Below, in pieces: positions 1 to 10,519 of a stretch of DNA of 32,000 bases; position 1 is the stretch's first letter; each line of letters opens with the position of its first letter. The stretch is from Zygophlyctis sp. KS116 (lineage: Eukaryota > Fungi > Chytridiomycota): assembly GCA_054661495.1 (NCBI GenBank), contig BAAFSQ010000093.1:3299-35298 (forward strand), given 5' to 3'. Both the position numbers and the translations under genes were made by a program. The notes beneath the pieces are model-generated. The model had not been told where the DNA came from, made no database searches, and saw nothing but the letters and a program-made list of their open reading frames with translations.

Positions 1-914
1 GCTTCGTCGAATGTAGCTTCTCCTAAATTCTGTCGAACCACATCTTCAATAACTTTTACATCTAAAAAATATCCCTTTGTCAAAAATCTCGTTAATTTCC
101 TACTAAGAGTTCCTCGAACACTCTTTTTAGAGAAAGCTTCCAAATTTATATTCTTTCCGTTTAATAAATTGGGTAATTCTTCTTCAGTATGCGTGCAAAC
201 CAGAGCCGCTATAAGAGCGCCAACCGAACTACCACATATTATTTTTGGTAATAATCTTTGTTCAAATAGTGCCTTTGCAACTCCTAAATGTATCAGCCCA
301 AAAGTGGATCCCCCTTGAAAAACGAGAGCAGTACACCCATAACTTTGTTTACAGTCATTCATCATATCATATTTTTCTTTTACTATAATATTAAATATAA
401 ATCATACTTACTAGTTGCATTATTGAAATTTGTAAGAGATATATATCGTAATAGTTCAGCGTAAGCTCTGTTGTAATCTTCAATTAATAATTTAGTTCCT
501 AGATAGTATTTAGCAAACAGTCGAGTATCGGCGACACCACAAAAGTTCCTTAATAGTCCAGATCGAAGAGTATAAGTCAATACAGAGAAATCCTTTGTCT
601 TCAAAAGCGAAAGCAACTCGATCGTACGTTTTCTAATCTGTTTGTAGTCATAGATGTGGGAGTTGGGAAGATACTTCCAATGCTCATAGCCTCGAAGTAT
701 ATCCAGCTCCAATGCTGTTTTGTACCATGTGGTGAAATCGTTTGCCGTGTCCAGTTTATCTTCCAACAAATCAATGGGGGTTTTGACGGATACAATGTCT
801 AATTTCTAGCATTAAATGTTTGAGACTTACTTTCAATATATATGTCTGGACAGCGTTAAAGAAGAAAAGTATCTGGGAAAGAATACTGCTGATAATCTCG
901 TGTATTTTTAACAT
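1..914 (-). CDS. Patatin-like triacylglycerol lipase (Tgl3/4/5, SDP1 family), runs off the left edge
   Basis: ATG at 914 (MLKIHEII); introns 806-830 (25 nt) and 383-411 (29 nt). Spliced frame gives LRSGLLRNFCG...GTKLLIEDY (DUF3336-like), then ALVFQGGSTFGLIHLGVAKALFEQRLLPKIICGSSVGALIAA (patatin Gly-rich loop and GxSxG). Confidence 0.9.
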
Positions 915-915
915 T

Positions 916-3900
916 CTAATCTAAAAAGCCGACAATATTTACTCCTCTCTCACTTTCACGCACTGCAATCACTCCCTTTCCTCCAGTGATTTTCCTTAAT
1001 AAATCTGCATCATATCTTTCACCCTTTAAATAATCCCATTCAGTCGTAATTTCTCCGCCATGCCATCCAAGGTTTGCTATTGGATCCATGCATATAAGAG
1101 GTCGTGTTGACAATATCCAAGAGGCTGGTGATCTTTCACATTTAGGTATAGATTTGTCACAGTCAGTCAACAACCAAGAGTCGTATTCCTTTAATAAATT
1201 CATTTTGAGTTCAAGTGAATGTGAGCACAGAGATTGAAGAAAAAGAAATCTATCAGACAAGCTACATGGGTCAAAGTTTTTGGTTGGGCGTGGAGGACAG
1301 TGGAAAACTGAGTGATGACGAAATATTGTGGCGATATTTCCTGCTCTGCAATCAATATCCTTTGTACATTCTTTCCAGTATTTTCCTTTAGTTTTTGAAA
1401 ACATGCTCTAAATTTTAGAATTCTAATTCATTACAGAAAAATCTTGTTTAGTCATTTCACGATCTTCTGAGAGATACTTAAATATGTTCTTGGTTTTATA
1501 ATTGCTCTGTACAAAGAAACTTGACTCTGCAACAGAATCTCTTTCTATCTGGAAAATCATATCTGCAGAATTTAATGATAACAGTGCGAGATATGATTGG
1601 TATATATCACGGTAGTATACAATATCCCTAGTATTAATAAATGAAACATGCCTTGAAGAATAATGAATATTATAGTTTAGAGCGAGTATCTCAAAAATTC
1701 CCTAGTCATTACTGGGAACGCATTTTACCTTTGCAATATCACTAAAGTGGGGCTCTCCAACTTCATTTGCCTTTTTGCTAGGAAATAAATAACATGCAAA
1801 ATTCATATTGCTGCATTCTAAGTATGCCGACACGGAAAATGTCATTAAAAGTATAGATTTTCTTACCCGGCCCCCGATCAAGATTGAATGGTATACATTT
1901 TGAATTAATGGACTAATATTAGACTGCGGAATAAAATACATTTCATTTCGATTCCAGGGAATTATTGAAATTATTTTATCATTGCCCGATTCTAGCGATG
2001 TTAAATGCTGTAGTATTTCATAAAGACCTTTTTTGTGCTGGTTATTAAATAGCGCAGAATTTCTAGAACTTCAAAATATTCTAAATATACCCAGAATTTA
2101 AAAGCCACGGTGCAAGTTCTATATCAACATTTGAGATCCACTTGTTTGCATCCATACGTAAAGAATATGAATTGTTTCGCACAATTTTGGGGTAACTGTC
2201 TGAAAATGAATGATTAAGCTTCAATCCCAATAGTGATTTCATGCGGTTAATATTTGCTAAAGAAAATCCCAAGTCTTTCTGACGAGCACGGACGTGGATA
2301 GGCGACGAATAAGTCATTTCGGCAACATCAAGAATATTAAATGCTTTCCCAGTGCCAAGATTAATCACCTGGTTATTTGAGTCAGAAGTTTGAGCAGCCA
2401 GAATGATTCCACTTACCACATCATCGACATGTATAAAATCTCGAATATTAGATCCATCTCCTTCTATATATAAGGGCATTTTTAGTTGGGAGCGATGTCT
2501 AAAAATCCCAGTGACAGTAGCTGAAGGGCCAAAAGAATCCTCATGAGGACCATAAATCGAAAAAGCCCGCAGGATAACAACTGGAACTTTTGAAAGCCTT
2601 TGAAACATTTCCAATTTTTTCTCAATCGCTAACGCTACCTCCCCAATTGTGGTGGATGGCATTGGCTAAATGTTAGATTGCAGTATTTATACCGGCCGTG
2701 ATTCTGTCTGAGCTATTCCTGCATCACCATAAACATGAAAAGAAGAAAGAAAGATAAACTTTTTTACAGAAGAGTGCAAAGATGCGTTGAATAAGTCTAG
2801 ATATTAAAAACAAAAAATACTCCAATGTTCATCACCAATTTTGACAAATGCTCCCACATCTTGTCGGCCCTTCTTCGGAGTAGGAATGATTGGCATTCCC
2901 AAATGAAATATAATTTCAACATCCCGCACAGCCTTTTGACAATCTTGATAATTACCAACATATCCTTGCATAAATTCATACTGTTTGTCCTCTGAAAATG
3001 GTATATGTCTATATTTTCCATTTTCAAAACTTTCCATGATTCTCACACGATATCCGTGTTTTAGCAATTTGTCCACAAGCTATAGTTGAGACTAAATAAT
3101 ATACCCTGTGCCCGACATATCCTAAAAATCAAAATATTAGTATCTTACCTGCACCACCAATAACGAGAACGAATGGATGCCCATTTACATCTCTAATTGT
3201 TTTGGGAGTAAAGTTTAGCTCAAAAACTGAATCTGCGAGTTTGAGTGAGTTTAAATAAATGAGTCCAATGCATAATATGGAAAATAGTAATCTACTTAAC
3301 CAAATATTTTCATTCTTTTTCTGAAAAAACCTTATATCTAAAGCCAAATACCCCATAACTGCTCCACATATCCTTGAGAACCTCAAATGGTAGGAATCCA
3401 GACTATATAAAAAAGACGTCCAGACCGTTAAACTGGTAGCAATAATTGCTATATCCCATGAGAGATACTCTTTAGACTATTGTTTTAAAAATTATAAAAA
3501 TTACAAGTCTAACCCATAGATATTGAAGAAGGAGAACCAAAAAACTAGAAAATATAATTATTGATAGTCGTATTTCCTGTAAATACCCTCTACTAAAAAC
3601 ATTTTTAGCTTCAAATATAAGAAAACCAATCATAAATCCCATAAATATTGTAGGAAATGTGATATTTTCCTGTGTATTTTCTAGTCCGATTTCAAATAAT
3701 ATTACATAAGCTAGAACCATTGACAAAAATTGAACCAGAATTCCTACAAATGGTAAATTTATACTTTCAGTTTGAATTATAAACAGTAAACCAATGAGTA
3801 CATAGGTGAATTTCTTTGAAAACAGATTTTTTGGTTGTGATTTTCCTCTAAAATAATTGATAAAGACAATCAATAGTGGAAATAAACACTAGATTTAGCA

Positions 3901-4253
3901 GATTATAAAATACAAAAATCTGTCCTCTAGCCAGTGTAGTAATTTTAAATCCAAAATCCAACATTATTATAATTGACGCAATAATTCCAATATAAATTGG
4001 TTTTGAGTTTACATTGTGAGAATGATTTTCCAGTTTGAGTAAATTCCTTGAAACTCTTCTAATAATTTCTGCTAGTCCCCAACTTGCTGCATGATTTAAA
4101 AATGGAAAAACTAAAATTACTCAATAATTCATACTTGAATTGGATGGAAAAACAAGACAAATTCCCTTGTAAGATATGATTGAAGAGAATAATCTTGTCT
4201 TAGACTAAAAAGACTTACAGTAGAAAAACCTTTAAATCAACTTTGTCCTTCAT
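916..4253 (-). CDS. Multidomain membrane protein (~1018 aa): SLC35/TPT-like nucleotide-sugar transporter + extended-SDR epimerase-like domain + PF03407/GT77-like transferase domain
   Basis: One stop-free frame from ATG 4253 to TAG 916 after removing 11 GT-AG introns (4194-4218, 4111-4134, 3889-3913, 3477-3504, 3122-3148, 3080-3104, 2797-2820, 2666-2692, 2069-2090, 1702-1728, 1408-1434). Epimerase motifs: VLVIGGAGYVG, KKFIFLSSFHVYG, LRAFSIYGP, GDGSNIRDFIHVDDV, NLGTG. The transporter and GT calls are weaker pattern matches. Confidence 0.75.
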
Positions 4254-4297
4254 ACTAATCTTTTAAAATTAAATCGGACTTTCTCAATTCGTGTCTT

Positions 4298-5140
4298 TTA
4301 AGAATTTATTTGTGCACAATCTGGACAATACCATTTCCCTTTTACAGGACCATCTAAACCAACACACTTTTCTTTTAATTCTAAAAATTACCTTGTAATG
4401 AAACCACTCAATACTACAATCTTCATTATCACAAGCAATCATTTCTCCAAAAGACACTTGTGAGCATATACAATATGTAGGTTCTGAATGTGGTGCAGGA
4501 GATATCATTTCTGCATCTACATCTCCTACTTCTGGATCTACTAGAGGATCTAAATTTGAATTTACTTTTACATTTTCAGGTTCAACCTTTACATTCTCAG
4601 TGACTGTATTTGATCTATTTTAGAATGAAATTAAATCTTTTAATACCTTGTAGCTCTTGTAGCTCTTTTATTTCCTGTAGAATTATTTGAATTTGACTCT
4701 AGTAAATCATATTTTTCCAAAGACTCTATAGAATTTTTAACAATTGAAGCTTCTTTAGAGACTCTAGGAGAATCAAATTTCCTCTTTTTAGGAGTTTCTT
4801 TAATCCCAGAGAGCTGATCTTCTTCAAATTTGAGTAAATCCGACTCTAATCTAGAGACATGTTCATTTACCATTTGAGTACAAGTTGAAGAAATTTCCAC
4901 CTGTTGGTAACCTATATTCTTAATTTTCTTAATTTCAGTAGAGATTCTAGAGAGCAATTGAGTCTTTTCTAGTGAATTTAAATCTAAATTTTGCAAGAAT
5001 TTTGTGATTAATTCTTTCAAGAGAGTTTTTGAAGACTGTAATTTATAATCTACTTGTTTTAGAATAGTATATTGACGAGAGAGTTCATTTGGGAGCGAGT
5101 CCAGGACGTCACAATAATCTAGCAAATGTGGAATTGACAT
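4298..5140 (-). CDS. ING family PHD-finger chromatin protein (Yng2/Pho23-like)
   Basis: N-terminal [16 protein letters not shown] (ING domain); [34 protein letters not shown]|[17 protein letters not shown]; introns 4615-4646 and 4367-4391. Confidence 0.93.
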
Positions 5141-5146
5141 TTCTCG

Positions 5147-5248
5147 TCTAGGTTTTTACTTTTTGCAGTAGGTTTACTTTAACAGAGTTAATCTAGGTTT
5201 TTACTTTTTGCAGTAGGTTTACTTTAACAGAGTTAATCTAGGTTTTTA
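5147..5248. repeat. Exact 45-nt tandem duplication (about 2.3 copies) in the ING/Rab8 divergent promoter
   Basis: TCTAGGTTTTTACTTTTTGCAGTAGGTTTACTTTAACAGAGTTAA at 5147-5191 and 5192-5236, partial copy 5237-5248. Confidence 0.95.
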
Positions 5249-5250
5249 AC

Positions 5251-5278
5251 TTTCGCGACTTGAAAATTTTCGCGACTT
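5251..5278 (+). promoter_or_regulatory. Two TTTCGCGACTT motifs (SCB/E2F-like CGCG element)
   Basis: Direct repeat at 5251 and 5268 just upstream of the Rab8 ATG; the reverse complement CGCGAAA matches the fungal SCB consensus. Function is inferred. Confidence 0.45.
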
Positions 5279-5284
5279 TGAAAA

Positions 5285-5937
5285 ATGGCAACGTCAAAAT
5301 CAGCCAGTTACGATTACTTGATTAAACTATTGCTCATTGGAGATTCAGGTGTCGGTAAGAGTTGTTTACTCCTTCGTTTTTCTGATGATGCCTTTACTCC
5401 TTCTTTTATTACTACAATTGGAATAGATTTTAAAATCAGAACAATTGAATTGGATGGCAAAAGAATTAAATTACAGATTTGGGATACAGCTGGACAAGAA
5501 CGTTTTCGTACTATTACTACTGCATACTATCGTGGTGCCATGGGAATATTACTGACTTATGATGTCACGGATGAAAGATCTTTTAATAATATTCGAAATT
5601 GGATGAGAAATATTGAACAACATGCTTCTGAAGGTGTAAACAAGATACTTATAGGAAATAAGGCTGATATGTTGGATAAAAAAATTATTAGTAAAGATCA
5701 AGGTCAGGCTCTTGCAGATGAATATGCAATAAAGTTTATTGAATGTAGTGCCAAGTCTAATATTGGTATTTTTTTTTCTTTTTTAAAAAAATAGGTGTAG
5801 AAGAAGCCTTTTTTACATTAGCTAGGGATATTAAGAAAAGATTGATTGATACTGCACAAGATAAAGAAGCTAATGATACTATTACAGTTGATGATAAAAA
5901 AGGTGGATCACTGACTAGTAGTTGTTGTGGAAAGTAA
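5285..5937 (+). CDS. SEC4: Rab8/Sec4/Ypt2 small GTPase
   Basis: [52 protein letters not shown]; intron 5766-5794; C-terminus SSCCGK with CC prenylation motif. Confidence 0.96.
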
Positions 5938-5965
5938 TTTACGATTTACGCATATTTTAAAAAAA

Positions 5966-6596
5966 ATGTTTAAAGCAATTTCATCTATTCCATATGTCAT
6001 TGAATCTTCTCCAAGAGGAGAAAGAGTTTTTGATATATTTTCTAGACTACTTAAAGAGAGAATTATTTTACTAAATGGAGAAGTTCATGATTCTAGTTCT
6101 GCAATTATTGTTGCTCAATTACTATTTTTAGAAGCAGAAAATCCTAAAAAGCCAATTGCAATGTATATAAATTCTCCAGGTGGTTCAGTGACTGCTGGAA
6201 TGGCTATATATGATACGATGCAGTATATTCAGTCTCCAGTTTCGACTGTTTGTATCGGTCAAGCATGCTCAATGGGATCTTTACTATTAGCTGCAGGTGA
6301 GCCTGGATCTCGTAGTATTCTACCAAATGCAAGAGTAATGATTCATCAACCAAGGTAAATTTCTATAAAATAAAGACTATAGTGGTGGTGCATCTGGTCA
6401 AGCAACGGACATTGCTATTCATGCAAAAGAAATTTTAGATGTTCGATCTAAATTAAATTCAATTTATGTTCATCATACTAAACAGCCTCTGTCTGAAATT
6501 GAAAAAAGAATGGAAAGAGATCATTTTATGTCTGCACAGGCTGCAGTGGATTTTGGACTAGTTGATAAAATTTTAATAAAACGTTTGGAAGCTTGA
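5966..6596 (+). CDS. CLPP: ATP-dependent Clp protease proteolytic subunit (mitochondrial type)
   Basis: [47 protein letters not shown] (catalytic Ser), MIHQP|SGG (catalytic His), MERDHFMSA; intron 6355-6382. Confidence 0.96.
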
Positions 6597-6697
6597 TGTA
6601 TTAACACTAGAGGAAACTCTTAAACGTCTCAAGAATGGGGCGTAGGTGTAAAACAAGTTGCGGCCTAGGTTTTACATTTTGTTTTGAATTGTTTGAC

Positions 6698-7484
6698 ATG
6701 ACAAAAGTTGAATGGCCATTGGAAGCTCAGACAGTAATTTATATATTCTTAATTTTTAGGTCATTGTTACTGGTAACTTTGATAACTGGGCTGGGACTTT
6801 TCCTTTAATTAAAGTAATTTATTTTTCTAAACCTAGAATGAATCTGGAATATTTGTTGGTAATCTATCTAATCATGATTGGCCTTTAATTTTCAAGTTTA
6901 TTGTTGATGGAGAATGGAAAACTTGTTTAGAATATTCTATCCAATCTGATGATGATGGAAATGTTAACAATATTTTATATTTTGAAAAATCTCAAGATAT
7001 CAAGGAATCATTGCAAGGGCAAAAAAGTATTTCAAACCTGGATTTGAAGCAGACTTGGCCTTTACCAGGTATCCCAGAGGAAACTTCTCCAGAGATTAGA
7101 GGCATTCAAATTCCAAAAGTTTTAATCACAGATGTAAATGGTGTTGAATCAGACTATCCAATTAGTCTAAACATGCAAGGGAATAATCAAGTTCCCAGAG
7201 TGATTTTAACTGATGTCGATGGAAAGGTTTCTTTGCCTATTGTCCCAAATATAGTCATTACTGATGCTGATGGGAATATTACAGAAGAGATTATAGATTA
7301 TATTGATCTTCCAAGATCACCAATGGTTAATTCATTTTCAGATTCTAGTATGGATTCGGTAGACTCTCAAACCACGTTGAATGCCTCACAAGAAGATAAA
7401 AATTCGAAAGCTTCTAAAAAGTTGTTTAAACCTTTAAAGGGATTAAAGAAGAAAACTTCTCGTTTAATGCAATCTGTAATTTAA
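6698..7484 (+). CDS. AMPK-beta-type CBM48 (Mdg1/Crp1-like) protein with three PxIxIT-like repeats
   Basis: Spliced N-terminus MTKVEWPLEAQT|VIVTGNFDNWAG...FKFIVDGEWKT...DDDGNVNNIL is a typical AMPK1_CBM pattern; two short introns (about 6734-6759 and 6814-6837) join in frame to ORF 7011-7484. Confidence 0.85.
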
Positions 7485-7673
7485 AATTTTATTAATTATG
7501 TAGATGAAGAAAACTTTTGGACTTTCTTCTAAATAGCTGGCTATAATGATTTTTGCAAAAGAGATAAAAGATTTATTTGATTTTTAATTACAATTTGGGA
7601 CATTTGTGGGGCCCGAGTGGCGTCTTGAAAGCCCATGGCTCAGGGTTGATATTTTTTCTCCGACCCGTCCGTA

Positions 7674-9603
7674 ATGAGTGGCTACTGTCCTCACATTTCA
7701 TCAACCACTATTTCCAAGAAGCGGAAAGGGAAAATTAAGTCGTTGTCGCATTGTGAAGATTGCGGAAAAACAACACAGTCGACATGGATGTGTATTTCCT
7801 GCGGACAAATCGGTTGCGGAAGGTATCTTTTAATCATTATCATGATCATTCAGATTTATTTCTGGACATGCTTTGGATCATTATTCAAAATCCGCGCATC
7901 CGATCGCCATTGATATCGATAGTCTAGCATTTCATTGGTATTGTTTTTCATATTTTTATGATTGGTAGTTATGTTTGCGATGATTTTGCATTTTCTAATG
8001 ATCCAAAAGATGAATCGGCTCTAAAAGGTTTTAGGTCTTACGTGACTTCATTACGACGAAATCAGAAACTCAATGTTATGACTGGAGCGATAAAGGAAAA
8101 GATGGTGATTTCAAAGAAAAAATTTATGCATCTTACTGGATTAAGTAATCTCGGTAATAATGATCATTTAATCGGTAGGGAATACTTGTTTTATGAATGT
8201 GATCTTACAGACATTATGGTGGGTTAAATGCTATATAATTATATAGCCATACAGAACCGATCCAGCATTACTTTTTAGATATTAATGATCCACTATCGCC
8301 AATCAATAGTCCAAAATCAGATCTTAATCGTCCATTGACAAGACGGGCTGCTTTTGAAAGAAGAGATGTGTATGATTTCTTTATAGTAACAAAACAGGTC
8401 CATTTGGGAAGAATTTGCAAATCTTTTAAGGGAAATGTGGACATCTTCATTACAGGCTATCAGCCCAAACTCTTTTTTAGATACAATTTGGAAAATTGTA
8501 CCAATGGTATTTTATTTCTTAAATAAAAATCATAGTTTCGGGGATATCAACAGCAAGATGCCCAAGAGTTTGCACGCTATTTGCTGGATCGCATCAATAC
8601 TGAATTAACATTACAAAAGAGAATTAAGCAAAATTTCTTACTCTCTACATTTCAAGGAGTTCTAACCAATCAAGTAAATCTGATTTTAAATAATTTTAGG
8701 TGCATTGTCTCTCATGCAATCATGTATATGTAAAGCAGGACCCATTTTTGGATTTATCATTATCAATACCTGAAAAATATTCTCAAAGAAAAAATAAGAT
8801 ACAAGAACAACAAGAACCGTGCTCTTTGGCTGGTAAGACTCTTCTTCAACTTAACGACTAGAATTATTAAACAATTTTGTACAAATGGAACACTTGGAAG
8901 GACAAGATCAATATGATTGCGAAAAATGTAAAAGTAAGCAAAATGCTACTAAAAAATTCACCATTGAAACTCTTCCAGAAGTATATTTAATTTAATTAAA
9001 TGATTATAGGTTTTGTGTTTACACTTGAAACGATTCAAGTACACTCGTCACTCTAGATCAAAAATTGATACATATGTAGAATTTCCAATAACTGATTTGG
9101 ACATGACACCCTATACATGTAGTAACAAGACTGCTCAGTTATATGATTTATATTCTATAATTGTACATCATGGAACATCTGGCTCTGGACATTTCTTGGC
9201 ATATATTTGGTCACCCGACAACTCATCATGGTTTGAAGTCAATGATTCTCATACTAAACCCACAACACCAGACATTATACATAAACAATCTGCATATATG
9301 TTGTTTTATCTCCGTAGAGATGTCAATTCAAGATTTAAAGAGAGTGACAGCCTAGATCTAATTGCTGATACTCTCAGTAGCGTAAGCTCTGTAAATATGA
9401 AACCCTCTAAAAATATTAATTCTCTTGATGAAGCATACTACTCATCACCTGCTGATTCTATTGATAACTCTAGTGACTCTGTAAGGCGTAGATCTGGACG
9501 TCTAATTAATAATGAAAGTTTTGATGACTTATCATCTCTCGGAGTCAGGCGATCAAAAAGAAGAAGAAATATTGTGAAAATGGTTGATAGTGATTCTGAT
9601 TAA
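7674..9603 (+). CDS. Ubiquitin-specific protease with N-terminal zf-UBP (USP3/44/49-like)
   Basis: zf-UBP CPH...CEDC...WMCISCGQIGCGR|FISGHALDH; Cys box GLSNLG|NTCFMN; QQDAQEF; His box HHGTSGSGHFLAY, WFEVNDS, AYMLFY; about 9 short introns. Confidence 0.92.
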
Positions 9604-9635
9604 ATTTTGTAACCTTACCTTATTTTTTGACTGAA

Positions 9636-10459
9636 ATGCTTGATCAATCTGACCCAATAGAACCTATGGATTCCATTGACTCTACTGATGCTATGGATGG
9701 CATTGATGCTATGGATTCTATTGATCAAATGGACCCAACATCACAAGACCCGACTCTTGATTGTAATAATACCCATCCACCTCAAAATGTGCGGATCGAT
9801 CAAGTTGAATCGGCGATCAGGGAAGCAAACTTGGTAATCCTAAATTTCTCAATATTAGATCAATCATGAATTACAGTCGCTTTTGGATGTATCGCTCCTC
9901 AAAATCAAAAAACTGAAATTTGAAAACAAGTAATTTTCTAATAATTAATTTCAAGATTTCTAGTTGAAACTCTTCATCAAAAAAATGATGCTCTATTTAA
10001 TCAAGATCCTTATTCACCATCAAAGAGATTGTATCAACTTCATAAAGATTCAGATTCGGAAGATCCTAATAATGATTTTAAAAGAAAGCCGAGGAAAAGA
10101 AAAACCAAAGCTGTTGATCCAAATGCTCCAAAGCGTCCTTTAAATGTATTTTCTGTATTTTCAGAGTTCCAAAAAGATTTACTCAAACAAGAAAGATTAG
10201 AATTAGAAAAAACAGCCCCAGATTCTGCAGATTGTATTGCATTGAAAAATATTTCAAAAGCAGTGACTGCAAAGTGGAAAAATATTAATGAGGACGAAAA
10301 ACAGGGTATGATTTAATTTTTAAAAACCTAGTATATCGGGAAATGTATCGTTCACAAGTTGAATCTTATGAGAAAGCAATGGAGGAATATGTAAAGTCAA
10401 ATCCAGATATGGAGAGTAGTTCCAAGAAGATCAAGACTGATCCGCAAGAAACAGAATAA
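9636..10459 (+). CDS. HMG-box protein, Nhp10 (INO80 subunit)-like
   Basis: Acidic N-terminus with D-x-M-D repeats, coiled coil (KIKKLKFENK|FLVETL), DPNAPKRPLNVF HMG box with ISKAVTAKWKNI; 3 short introns. Confidence 0.8.
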
Positions 10460-10519
10460 AGAGTTTTGTACCAATGTCTGACATTTGGCGCGTCCCAGCC
10501 CTTGACAGAATTTTTTAAA

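Noticed and set aside
5147-5248. CRISPR-like repeat array
   Set aside because: Head-to-tail identical units with no unique spacers, in a eukaryotic context.
5966-6596. Bacterial origin or contamination suggested by the short ClpP
   Set aside because: It contains a spliceosomal intron and sits among eukaryotic genes.
7612-7656. SECIS-like hairpin (GTCTTGA-AA-GCC-CAT-GGC-TCAGGGT-TGAT), checked because of the SBP2-like gene
   Set aside because: No AUGA/GA core at the right spacing, the helix is too short, and the upstream CBM48 gene has no in-frame UGA. More likely GC-rich USP promoter sequence.
9650-9735. 9-nt degenerate repeat (ATGGATTCC/GATGCT) as a separate element
   Set aside because: It is the coding low-complexity D-x-M-D tract of the HMG protein.
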